NCBI GenBank assembly: GCA_051362555.1
Contig: CM120640.1
Location: 47,532,788 to 47,596,787 of the forward strand
Length of the DNA stretch: 64,000 bases
From: Lingula anatina
Lineage: Eukaryota; Animalia; Brachiopoda
Direction of reading: 5' to 3'
Made by a program: the position numbers and the translations under genes. A model generated the notes under the pieces. The model was not told the DNA's origin. It did not search any database and worked only from the letters and a program-made list of their open reading frames with translations. Positions 29,329 to 39,965 of this stretch are shown one piece after another. How positions within the stretch are numbered: position 1 is the stretch's first letter; each line of letters begins with the position of its first letter.

Positions 29329-32216
29329 CAAGAATATACTACAGTACACTTCATCTTGATCAGCAGACTGCACTCACTATTAGATCTCTGTCTAGTAGTA
29401 AGTGTCTCACCTCATTTACATTGGTGACAGATCTCAGATTAAAGGTATCTGATCTGGGATCTTCCTGCCAAATCAAATTTACAGCATGTACCCAGTACAT
29501 GTACCTTTAAATAAAGCAATTAAATTTCTGTGAAATGAAAGTGAAATGCAATTGGCCAAAAGCCACTTACTAGACCACATGCTATATGTTCTCTAAACTA
29601 TATGATGCAGTCAACTGACATGCTCTTTTGACAAACGTTACATCATATGACTCTTGAAAGTTTAAAGTAGAACAAATCGATATAGCAGACATGTAGCCAG
29701 GAGGGGTTCAAGATGTTTGAATGAACCGTCCTTTTTGCTGGAAAAAGGTCCACTCTGGATAAAAATTGATTAAGGTACATGTAGATTTCATGGTCAAAGG
29801 TCCATTTTTTCATAAAAAGAACCCCCTCCTTTGAATTTGCTGGCTGTAAAGTGATGTTAGTCTGCTTTATTGTGCAAAAAAATTGAAGAAAGATAGTATA
29901 AATAAATGATTTGTAGTTTCTTTTGTTCTCTGGGGATCAGGCCTAGTGAAGTAACAGACAGGTCACCTTACTAATCTTTATCTCCCCCAACCTCTAAGAT
30001 ATCAAAGTTACATGTAAGACCATGGCATCCTTGATGTAGAATGTATTCATCATCTGCGATCTATTAATATGCCCAAGTGGATATCTGACTTCTGGGACAT
30101 CTGATCACGTTTGTCTATTAGAATGGAAAATTAAATTGCATTATTTGATAATTAAAGTAGATAGAGTGTGAGAATGATAAAATACAGTGTACACTAAGTA
30201 CATGTATTTTGCATTGCTCTAACATGGGAGATGCACGCTAGTGTTTGTAGATATTGTAGAAATAAAAATCTGTTGTTTAGTCATGCATTTGGTGGTAAAT
30301 TCAATAATTCTTGGGATGGAGGAGATGTAAGAGTTGTGTTCCTTGTGCATGTCGGGGCTGTACGACTTTTGTGGTATCTTGAAAGTTAAATGTAGTGCCA
30401 GAAGCTGAGATCAGAAAGCTAAAAGGTGGGTGATTAAAGTATAGTATGTTTATGATTTGATTCAGTGAAGTATTCCAATGGCTTCATGTTCATTCATCGC
30501 ATATTTTTTCAGTAGTGATACTAGTGTTTTCCTTTCTTTTTTGTTTATTTTATGGCCTATGTATTGAAATGTCTAATTATACTTGAGGCAAAGTTATGAT
30601 GGAGTTTTCACTTTCAGTGTCAGTAACTTTGCCAAAAAAGTAATAGAGAGTTCAATTAAAAATAAGATACCTTATTGTGGGTCATATATATTTTAACAAG
30701 CATTGCAATTATTGTGCTGATCAAAATAAAAAGGACAGTAAATGAAGACATAGGGAGTAATTATTGTCTATCTACAATCTACAATGGTTTAAAGACATGA
30801 TCAGTGGAAATCTGTTGAAATGGGTTGTTTGGGCACAACTGCAAATTTAGTGGTAGACAACTTGTTCTCTTTTAATTCTCACAATCTCTAAGGCATTTTC
30901 AGAAAAAAAAACATATTTATGTTATTCTTATGTTATGTTACCTAGTTACCCATGATAGTGTTAAAGTGTGCCACTTTTGTTTTTGAGTTGATTGACAGGT
31001 TATCTATACATACACTTATTTGAACAACACCCATGGCCAAGGAGGTGCTAGGATGTGTTGGGGATATGCTGACATCAACAACTTAGCAGGAAGTTGGTCA
31101 TAGTTATCAATCTATATGCCCATCCATACCAACAGGCTATGGTAACAAAGGTGCAGAGCACCTGTACAATGTACCAATATGTGAAAAAAAAAAGCAAAAC
31201 ACTTTTTCTGATTAGAATTAAAAATTCAGTTTGAAATGTAAGGATGTCCTTTTATTCAATTATAGATTCATGTATATATCTGATTTTTTGATGAAGCACA
31301 TTAAAACCCTGAACAAGTGTTTTTAAGCTTATATTTTCCCTACATAGAAAATCCATCTCAAATAAATTGATTTGTTGACATTTTATTTTGTACATGATAC
31401 ACTTGTACATGTTAAGTAATGTAATAGTAATTTGTATTATTTTGTGCGTGATTTGCACAAAATTATGATGAAAATAAGATATTGGATTAATCACTGAAAT
31501 AAATGTCCTTTCATTAAATGTAATAAGATATTTTCATGGACATTGTATTTGATACTTTTTTGCTAAAAAAGGACATTTATAGAAATTGAGGCTGTCACAC
31601 CATATTCAACATCAAATGAACAGTTGGTTTGTTCTCAGACTATCAACTCCAGGTTCAACAACCCACTTGAATGTGGAAGCAAAAATCTTGTGGAAATTTG
31701 ATAACATAGGTCAATGAAATGTATTTGCCAATCCATTAGACCAAGTTTAAAAAAAAAACTAAGAAATAAATTCAGATTTGATGCATTTTTCTTTAAAAAA
31801 TTTATACCACCGTTCAAAAATCCTGGCTGATAGAAAAAAAAAATACTTGTCCCACTGACTTCCATATTAATGAGGTAGGTACAGCTAGACTAAAATAAAA
31901 GCTGCTTGCTTTAGAAAAAATCAATTTAGATATGTTTTCTGCTTAAGTAAACAAAATAAAGAACCTACTTGTTCCCAGAAAAGTTAATGTTGCAATTACT
32001 TTTCATTGTTCATAGTGATTGCATTTTTGGAATGAGAAGAACATAAATCCTATTACTTGCACATGATTATAATTGCATTAAGAGTCTGTTGGAACCTCTG
32101 AATGGCACACACAGTACCTTGTATATTTTATGTTGATTCACCGTATAGATCTTGGTAATAATAGAAGTATAAATATTTTGATGCATCTAGAAAGATCTAC
32201 ATAATAGTTGTTGAAT

Positions 32217-32258
32217 ACAGTCCGAGCTTTCGGCCCCTGGGCCTTCTTCGGGGAATAT
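32217..32258 (-). ncRNA. Minimal type I hammerhead ribozyme, second (inverted) copy
   Basis: Exact reverse complement of 37083-37124. Confidence 0.8.
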
Positions 32259-32391
32259 GAACAAAAAGTAAAAAAACGTAAAAAAACAAACTCCATGGAT
32301 ACGTGACGTCGGTGATGTGTTGAAGACATGCGGTGGTCCAAAAGCGTGCTATACGTAAACAACGTCAAAATTACGTAACAAAGAAAAAAAA

Positions 32392-34260
32392 TCAATACTC
32401 ATTTAAAAAACCATTATCCCTATTGAGTCCATTATTCAAGGTGTTTAGTGTTCTTATAAATTTCTGTTCGGCGATCCGTCTTTGTCTAGTGTCGTTTAAG
32501 TTTCCTTTTAGAACGGTGACAGTGATGTCATTAACTGAGTGGTTCGGCGTGTTGAAGTGCTGTCCCACTGGTACGAAAAGGTTTTTGTTGTTAACAGTGC
32601 AGCGGTGGTGTCTAATTCTGTCTTTTAATTTCTGGCTTGTTTCTCCGACGTACATTTGATGGCATTTTTTACATCTTATCAAGTAGATGACGTTCTGAGA
32701 GTCGCAGGTGTATTTTCCCCTAGGGATGAGTGTCTTGCCTCCCGGAGTGATGATGGGGTTGTTAATAATACACGGGCAGAGAAGGCACCTTCTGTTGTTG
32801 CAAGGAAATGTGCCCGTAACGCCAAGGCTGTTATTGTTAACCAGGAGTTTTTTCAGATTAGGGGGCTGTCTGAAAGAGACGATAGGTGGAGAAGGAAAAA
32901 TGTCTTTGAGCGTAGTGTCGGAGTCAAACATATGCTGCAAATCCCGCGCTATCCTTTTAAGGTGGTAAAGGGCGGGATTAAAGGTAACTACTAAAGGGAC
33001 CCTTTCGTGGGTGTCCTTTCTTTGGTATTGGAGAAGATCTTTTCTTGGGATTCTATTAGCTTTACCCATGGTTTCTTTGATCATTTGTGTGTCATACTGC
33101 CGTCTTTCAAAAAGCTTTTGCAAATCTGTAAGCTGTTCACTCTTCTTTTCGGGTTCCGAGTTGATTCTATTATATCTTAAGGTCTGGCTAAACACAATGG
33201 ATTTTTTGATGTGTGAAGGGTGAAAGCTGGTGGGATGTAGGTAGGCCGAGCGGTCCGTAGGTTTCCGATATACACATGTAGCCAGTCTATTGTTTTTTAT
33301 AAAGACAGTTGTATCCAGAAAGTTTTGTTGTATGTTGGAATAGTTAAGAGTGAGGCGTATCGACGGGTTTTCATTATTAAAAAGCTCTACAAATTTTTTG
33401 AGGTCATCTTCTCCGTGTGTCCATATAAGGAAAATGTCGTCAATGTATCGGACGTAGAATGTGGGTTGTTTTTGGGTCTTGCCTAGGACAGATTCTTCTA
33501 AGTTAGCCATAAACAGGTTTGCGTATTGAGGGGCCATTCTTGTGCCCATGGCCGTTCCTTTTACCTGCAAAAGAAACTCGTTTTCCTTGTCGAACTGGAA
33601 ATAGTTGTGATTAAGTATGAAATCAGTAAGTTTTGTGATTGAATCAGGCTGAAGTTCGGTCTTATGTTTACTATTTCTTAAAGAATTTTCAAGTGCTTGG
33701 ATACCATCTTGATGTGGTATGTTAGTATAAAGGGCTACTACGTCCATGGTAACTAAAAGCGTATTATCGGGTAAATTTTCTACCATTTGGATCTTTCTTA
33801 GAAAGTCGGTAGTGTCCTGGATAAAACTCTTAGTATCCCTGACGATAGGTTTAAGATCTCTTTCAATTAACCCTGATATGCTTTCTGTAAGTGTGCCGAT
33901 GCCAGAGATGATGGGTCGTCCGGGATTTCCTTCCTTATGGATTTTAGGCAAGATGTAAAAAATACCAGGTTTAGGATCAGTCGGTATCATTTTAGTCAGA
34001 AGCTGTTGGTCATTGTGTGGAAGCCCCTTAATGAGTTGATTCAGCTCTTTTTTGAAAGCGTTAGTAGGATCCGTATTGAGGTAGGAGTAGTACGCTTTGT
34101 CATTTAGTTGGCGGTATACTTCTGTGTTGTAGTCAGTTTTGTCCATGATGACTGTAGCTCCGCCTTTGTCTGCTGGTTTGATGACGATATTTTTGTTTTC
34201 TTTGAGGGAGCGTATTGCCTGGCGTATTGCCTGGCGTATTGCTCGGACTGTATTCAACAA
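32392..34260 (-). CDS. 5'-truncated inverted copy of the PLE ORF (RT + GIY-YIG retained, ~260 N-terminal aa missing)
   Basis: Translation is identical to the + copy from RQAIRSLKENK to the end. The start is a TTG in antisense pLTR sequence, so translation in vivo is doubtful. Confidence 0.7.
   Translation of the reverse strand: MLNTVRAIRQAIRQAIRSLKENKNIVIKPADKGGATVIMDKTDYNTEVYRQLNDKAYYSYLNTDPTNAFKKELNQLIKGLPHNDQQLLTKMIPTDPKPGIFYILPKIHKEGNPGRPIISGIGTLTESISGLIERDLKPIVRDTKSFIQDTTDFLRKIQMVENLPDNTLLVTMDVVALYTNIPHQDGIQALENSLRNSKHKTELQPDSITKLTDFILNHNYFQFDKENEFLLQVKGTAMGTRMAPQYANLFMANLEESVLGKTQKQPTFYVRYIDDIFLIWTHGEDDLKKFVELFNNENPSIRLTLNYSNIQQNFLDTTVFIKNNRLATCVYRKPTDRSAYLHPTSFHPSHIKKSIVFSQTLRYNRINSEPEKKSEQLTDLQKLFERRQYDTQMIKETMGKANRIPRKDLLQYQRKDTHERVPLVVTFNPALYHLKRIARDLQHMFDSDTTLKDIFPSPPIVSFRQPPNLKKLLVNNNSLGVTGTFPCNNRRCLLCPCIINNPIITPGGKTLIPRGKYTCDSQNVIYLIRCKKCHQMYVGETSQKLKDRIRHHRCTVNNKNLFVPVGQHFNTPNHSVNDITVTVLKGNLNDTRQRRIAEQKFIRTLNTLNNGLNRDNGFLNEY
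34210..34242. repeat. 2.75 x 12-bp tandem repeat (gcgtattgcctg) at the PLE head-to-head junction
   Basis: gcgtattgcctg gcgtattgcctg gcgtattgc|tcggactg. The intact ORF has a single unit (acgccaggcaatacgc, 35116-35131). Confidence 0.9.
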
Positions 34261-34336
34261 CTATTATGTAGATCTTTCTAGATGCATCAAAATATTTATA
34301 CTTCTATTATTACCAAGATCTATACGGTGAATCAAC

Positions 34337-36949
34337 ATGAATCCTCAAAGTGACAACCAGCATCGTAACACACCGGAACACATCAAACTTCTACGATACG
34401 TAAGTAAGAAGGCCAAACTTGATTCTGATATCTTTTTCCTTTCCAAATGCAAAAAGAACAATATTATACCCAAAGGTCTTAGGATCAAGAACCCTCTTCA
34501 GAACACGTATAAGACCTCATTTTCTGAAAAACTCATGCTAAAAACGGCAGCAAGATTACGTAACCACCTCACTCATGTATTATACAACACCAGGAATAAG
34601 ATTAAACAAGAAATAGAAACCCTAGTAGAGTCTATGATTACTAATTCCCAAGATCCTCTTGAAACCAGAATTAAAGAGCTATACAACAAGGAGATCGCAC
34701 GCCACCTCCAAAATAAGCGTAAAAAATTACGTTCGCTGGGAATCTCAGAAGACGAGAGCGTACCGTCTACTAGCACTGTAGTCAACCTATCTACATACAG
34801 ACCTTCAACAGAAGAATTATCCGTACTTAACAAGGGTCTATCCTTTTGCCCGACAACAAAACTTGATTTTATCCAAACCTGCGGAGACATGGAAGATTTC
34901 TTCAGAAGATTACGCCTCAAAGAATATTTCCACAATAAAGAAGACAACCATCAAGATATACAGAACCTCACCACGAAACAGAAAACTTCAAACTGGACTC
35001 CACCACCTGGCCGGAACAGTAAACTGGATCGATACATCGAAAGTTTTCGTCACCGAATGAGGTCCAACATCCTGGGAAAACAATTTAAGTCCTTGTATAA
35101 CTTATCTTTCAAGGAACGCCAGGCAATACGCTCCCTCAAAGAAAACAAAAATATCGTCATCAAACCAGCAGACAAAGGCGGAGCTACAGTCATCATGGAC
35201 AAAACTGACTACAACACAGAAGTATACCGCCAACTAAATGACAAAGCGTACTACTCCTACCTCAATACGGATCCTACTAACGCTTTCAAAAAAGAGCTGA
35301 ATCAACTCATTAAGGGGCTTCCACACAATGACCAACAGCTTCTGACTAAAATGATACCGACTGATCCTAAACCTGGTATTTTTTACATCTTGCCTAAAAT
35401 CCATAAGGAAGGAAATCCCGGACGACCCATCATCTCTGGCATCGGCACACTTACAGAAAGCATATCAGGGTTAATTGAAAGAGATCTTAAACCTATCGTC
35501 AGGGATACTAAGAGTTTTATCCAGGACACTACCGACTTTCTAAGAAAGATCCAAATGGTAGAAAATTTACCCGATAATACGCTTTTAGTTACCATGGACG
35601 TAGTAGCCCTTTATACTAACATACCACATCAAGATGGTATCCAAGCACTTGAAAATTCTTTAAGAAATAGTAAACATAAGACCGAACTTCAGCCTGATTC
35701 AATCACAAAACTTACTGATTTCATACTTAATCACAACTATTTCCAGTTCGACAAGGAAAACGAGTTTCTTTTGCAGGTAAAAGGAACGGCCATGGGCACA
35801 AGAATGGCCCCTCAATACGCAAACCTGTTTATGGCTAACTTAGAAGAATCTGTCCTAGGCAAGACCCAAAAACAACCCACATTCTACGTCCGATACATTG
35901 ACGACATTTTCCTTATATGGACACACGGAGAAGATGACCTCAAAAAATTTGTAGAGCTTTTTAATAATGAAAACCCGTCGATACGCCTCACTCTTAACTA
36001 TTCCAACATACAACAAAACTTTCTGGATACAACTGTCTTTATAAAAAACAATAGACTGGCTACATGTGTATATCGGAAACCTACGGACCGCTCGGCCTAC
36101 CTACATCCCACCAGCTTTCACCCTTCACACATCAAAAAATCCATTGTGTTTAGCCAGACCTTAAGATATAATAGAATCAACTCGGAACCCGAAAAGAAGA
36201 GTGAACAGCTTACAGATTTGCAAAAGCTTTTTGAAAGACGGCAGTATGACACACAAATGATCAAAGAAACCATGGGTAAAGCTAATAGAATCCCAAGAAA
36301 AGATCTTCTCCAATACCAAAGAAAGGACACCCACGAAAGGGTCCCTTTAGTAGTTACCTTTAATCCCGCCCTTTACCACCTTAAAAGGATAGCGCGGGAT
36401 TTGCAGCATATGTTTGACTCCGACACTACGCTCAAAGACATTTTTCCTTCTCCACCTATCGTCTCTTTCAGACAGCCCCCTAATCTGAAAAAACTCCTGG
36501 TTAACAATAACAGCCTTGGCGTTACGGGCACATTTCCTTGCAACAACAGAAGGTGCCTTCTCTGCCCGTGTATTATTAACAACCCCATCATCACTCCGGG
36601 AGGCAAGACACTCATCCCTAGGGGAAAATACACCTGCGACTCTCAGAACGTCATCTACTTGATAAGATGTAAAAAATGCCATCAAATGTACGTCGGAGAA
36701 ACAAGCCAGAAATTAAAAGACAGAATTAGACACCACCGCTGCACTGTTAACAACAAAAACCTTTTCGTACCAGTGGGACAGCACTTCAACACGCCGAACC
36801 ACTCAGTTAATGACATCACTGTCACCGTTCTAAAAGGAAACTTAAACGACACTAGACAAAGACGGATCGCCGAACAGAAATTTATAAGAACACTAAACAC
36901 CTTGAATAATGGACTCAATAGGGATAATGGTTTTTTAAATGAGTATTGA
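34337..36949 (+). CDS. Intact PLE polyprotein, 870 aa: reverse transcriptase + GIY-YIG endonuclease (Neptune-like clade)
   Basis: N-terminal FLSKCKKNNIIPKGL, VLNKGLSFCP, KPADKG, PGRPII, MDVVALYTNIPH, GTAMGTRMAPQYANLFM, catalytic RYIDD, a Cys-rich linker CNNRRCLLC..YTCDS and GIY-YIG NVIYLIRCKKC..YVGET..RIRHH..QHF..GLN. The Cys linker and GTAMG motif are Neptune-type (from recall). Confidence 0.95.
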   Translation: MNPQSDNQHRNTPEHIKLLRYVSKKAKLDSDIFFLSKCKKNNIIPKGLRIKNPLQNTYKTSFSEKLMLKTAARLRNHLTHVLYNTRNKIKQEIETLVESMITNSQDPLETRIKELYNKEIARHLQNKRKKLRSLGISEDESVPSTSTVVNLSTYRPSTEELSVLNKGLSFCPTTKLDFIQTCGDMEDFFRRLRLKEYFHNKEDNHQDIQNLTTKQKTSNWTPPPGRNSKLDRYIESFRHRMRSNILGKQFKSLYNLSFKERQAIRSLKENKNIVIKPADKGGATVIMDKTDYNTEVYRQLNDKAYYSYLNTDPTNAFKKELNQLIKGLPHNDQQLLTKMIPTDPKPGIFYILPKIHKEGNPGRPIISGIGTLTESISGLIERDLKPIVRDTKSFIQDTTDFLRKIQMVENLPDNTLLVTMDVVALYTNIPHQDGIQALENSLRNSKHKTELQPDSITKLTDFILNHNYFQFDKENEFLLQVKGTAMGTRMAPQYANLFMANLEESVLGKTQKQPTFYVRYIDDIFLIWTHGEDDLKKFVELFNNENPSIRLTLNYSNIQQNFLDTTVFIKNNRLATCVYRKPTDRSAYLHPTSFHPSHIKKSIVFSQTLRYNRINSEPEKKSEQLTDLQKLFERRQYDTQMIKETMGKANRIPRKDLLQYQRKDTHERVPLVVTFNPALYHLKRIARDLQHMFDSDTTLKDIFPSPPIVSFRQPPNLKKLLVNNNSLGVTGTFPCNNRRCLLCPCIINNPIITPGGKTLIPRGKYTCDSQNVIYLIRCKKCHQMYVGETSQKLKDRIRHHRCTVNNKNLFVPVGQHFNTPNHSVNDITVTVLKGNLNDTRQRRIAEQKFIRTLNTLNNGLNRDNGFLNEY

Positions 36950-37082
36950 TTTTTTTTCTTTGTTACGTAATTTTGACGTTGTTTACGTATAGCACGCTTT
37001 TGGACCACCGCATGTCTTCAACACATCACCGACGTCACGTATCCATGGAGTTTGTTTTTTTACGTTTTTTTACTTTTTGTTC

Positions 37083-37124
37083 ATATTCCCCGAAGAAGGC
37101 CCAGGGGCCGAAAGCTCGGACTGT
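37083..37124 (+). ncRNA. Minimal type I hammerhead ribozyme in the PLE pLTR
   Basis: atattcc-CCGAAGA-a-ggcc(cagg)ggcc-GAA-AGCT-C^-ggactgt. Stem I tcc/gga extended, core CUGANGA with a U4C variant, 4-bp stem II, GAAA, palindromic stem III AGCT, NUH = CUC. Matches the minimal HHR layout known from PLE pLTRs. Confidence 0.8.
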
Positions 37125-39648
37125 ATTCAACAACTATTATGTAGATCTTTCTAGATGCATCAAAATATTTATACTTCTATTGTATATTTTATGAAATGTG
37201 CATGTTAGCAATAAATGTTATATTGATTTTGTATAGAGCTCTGTGTTGCTGATTACATTAATTTTATAGGCTCGGCTGTTATAAGAGACAGCCCAGAGAC
37301 AAACTATAGGATTTTCCCTATACATCAAAGATTTTTGAAGTTGATATGCAGGTTAGTCTAGTATTGTGTGTCAGATAAATTGTTTTAGTTGACATAGAGA
37401 TACAGACAGTTTGAGAGGCTTCAAGTGCAATGGGTTTTGTTCATTTCTGACTAATTATTAAAAGCAATTTTGCAGACATGCTCTGTTTTAGAAAAAAAAG
37501 TGTAGAGCAAATATTATAATAACTGCAGCAAAATTGATCCTTTTGGTACTATATTTTGTATTGTGCCTTATTGTTGGTGTATTCTAGCTAGCTAATGGAG
37601 ATGCTGTCTAGCTGGCCCTGAATTAAATCAAAGTTGTTCATCCAGCAACATATTCCATATGGTTGATTTATTTTATTAAATATTATTTGAACAATCTCTC
37701 CCATTTCATTTTACCCTGAGTTTCAGTGTCTTCTGGAATTCTACCTCTCTTCTGTAGTCAGCATACAGTATACCATTTGGTTTCAAGTAGTTGCAGAAAC
37801 ACAATGATGTAAGCAAAGGCACTGTAGCAGTATATACAGACACTAGAAAGGTAAGCCAGCCTCTGTCAGCTGCTGCACTGAAACTCAAAATGATATTGAA
37901 TCCTGGGAAGTGAGATATTGTATACATGCAGGGTAGTCTAACATGTTAGGACTTTCCATGCAGAAATGCAAGCCTTAATGGGCATCACAGATGAGATTGT
38001 ACAGAAAAGATTGAATACCTGCCCTGGTACAAACTGGGGTTTCAGAGTTTTGTCAAAAACTCACCTGTTTATAACCTGTGCCATCCTGTAGGTGGTGATT
38101 GGAAACATACACCAGGTAGGTGAGGCACTCTTAGTTCTCTGAAACTGGATTCTTTCAGATAAACTATTAGATAACAATAACTTATATATATATGTATACA
38201 TGTATGTATATGAATTAAGATGTATTGTTATATAAAATCGAGTAAGATCTACTTTTTTGTTACATTGTAAAACCAAGTATTGTAAGGTTTTCCATGTCTG
38301 TATTTCTTGCTGTTGGGTTGACAGTTTATATAGTCATTTTTTATGTGACTGTACCTTCATAATGCAAGAAGAAAGTCGATTATTTGGTATTATGCAGGAA
38401 GTCTGTCAATGGATCAATTAGAAGAATGTGTTAAAACTATTATGTACTAAGTGAGCCGAGACCATTGTTTATCAGAAACTGACTTTTGGTTGGTGAATTG
38501 GCAGCTAGACATTATAGTTAGGAGAGGTAATTAAATGACCTCAACCAGAGTGACTGCTTTAAATAAAGTCACTGGAGAGTGGTTTAATTAACACACCTTA
38601 TATGCACCAGGTCCATACTATTTTGTTATGATATTGAATGTGAATTCAGCAGCACATGTTCATTTTTTAATGGAATGGGCATAATTATCAGAATTAAAGA
38701 TAAAATTAATGCCTATGTGATGTGGTCTTGTTATAATTTGGCTACAATAATACACTAGATTCCAACAAAATTGATGATTATTTCATCATGATGGTTTATT
38801 TCAAGATTTGAAAGTTCTCAAAAGCAAATCATGCACATTTATACAGGGTGGTCAATTTTTATGAGCTACTTAAAAAATGATAAATTTTATTAAAATTTTT
38901 TATAAATTATTTGCTTTTATTTGAATTTATTTGAATAAAATAGTCAAAATTGTTCTGTTGTTTTACATGCACATGTGTAGCAGACCAATATTGGTGTACT
39001 GTTAAGAGGTCTGACTGATTAAGTAGAACTGACAGAACTTTTGATATAGATAAATGTATTATAATACAATGTGGGAAGTATAGGCTTTAAGTCCTCTCAC
39101 ATTCTTAGAAATTAGCTGATGCTGTTTTCTCTCTTGAGGCACTTTTGGCATAGAATCTTTATGTGTAGTGTAATCAATTGGCTATTAGTCATATCATCCA
39201 ACCATTTTGCATCAGAAACACTGATAGATACCTAGTATAACATTCTATATCATTTCTACTTTATCTTAACCACTCTCTTGAGAATTTAAATGCTTATGGC
39301 ATTTTTCCTATCAAAACGCAAGGGATTCTTAGAAGACAGATAAACATCACACCTGCTACTTAGGAGGCCTTGTCAGCAATCACTGAGTTTTCGTTGAAAT
39401 TTAAAAATTCCCACTTTCATAGATTTTTTAAACAGTGTTGTAAACTTTCTGAAGTGTGATCTGCCTGGAGTAACCATGACTTGAGGGCAAAAGAGAGGTT
39501 CCACTATATCATTCAGCCTGATAAAAGCTGGGTCCAGGTGAATGGTTTACCTCCCCCCCACCCCCCCACCCCACCCCAATTAAAGGAGGAATCATCATTT
39601 TTCAACCTTTATAGCCTTGGTTTTTTAAATTTACTTTTTTATGTACAG

Positions 39649-39696
<48 letters not shown>
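39649..39696. repeat. Compound (CT)n(CA)n microsatellite
   Basis: Direct dinucleotide runs. Confidence 0.85.
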
Positions 39697-39697
<1 letters not shown>

Positions 39698-39908
39698 GAG
39701 CTTTCATAAGCCTTTCACCTTTGCATGTATATGCAGCTTTCAGTTACCTTAACCGGATGATTTTCAATATTTCACCTGATATCCTGATATTTTCAGCGTA
39801 CAAACTAATAAAAAAGCTAGTGCTTTTTATCATGTAATTAGTACCCAGCCTTACTCATTTCGTTTTTAAATCAATTTATGAGTTTGTGCTCCTGATGTTC
39901 TTTTCTTG

Positions 39909-39965
39909 ATATTATATTATATTATATTATATTATATTATATTATATTATATTATATTATATTAT
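39909..39965. repeat. (ATTAT)n microsatellite
   Basis: About 11 direct pentamer units. Confidence 0.9.

Larger units (their letters stand above)
32130..37181. mobile_element. Penelope-like retroelement (PLE) composite insertion: inverted 5'-truncated copy (32130-34225, -) head-to-head with a full-length copy (34241-37181, +)
   Basis: 32160-34225 is the reverse complement of 35116-37181 (identical ORF translations). The pLTR segment gctcggactgtattcaacaactattatg... is present three times. 14-bp TSD ttgtatattttatg at 32119-32132 and 37180-37193. Confidence 0.95.

Noticed and set aside
34210-34242. CRISPR-like repeat array or prokaryotic retron/DGR system
   Set aside because: Eukaryotic context, no spacers, and the RT is clearly PLE-type with a fused GIY-YIG domain.
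34337-37080. Selenocysteine-recoding (Naiad-type) PLE with SECIS
   Set aside because: The ORF has no in-frame TGA before the normal end after the GIY-YIG domain, and I could not see a convincing SECIS.
32160-37181. Inverted duplication as a pure assembly artefact
   Set aside because: The shared 14-bp TSD, different tail lengths and structured junction fit a real retrotransposition event, although read-level confirmation is still needed.
32138-37194. Short ORFs overlapping the PLE (e.g. 32333-32659, 32656-32994, 34573-34947, 36946-37194)
   Set aside because: Antisense or UTR by-products of the RT ORF, duplicated only because of the inversion.
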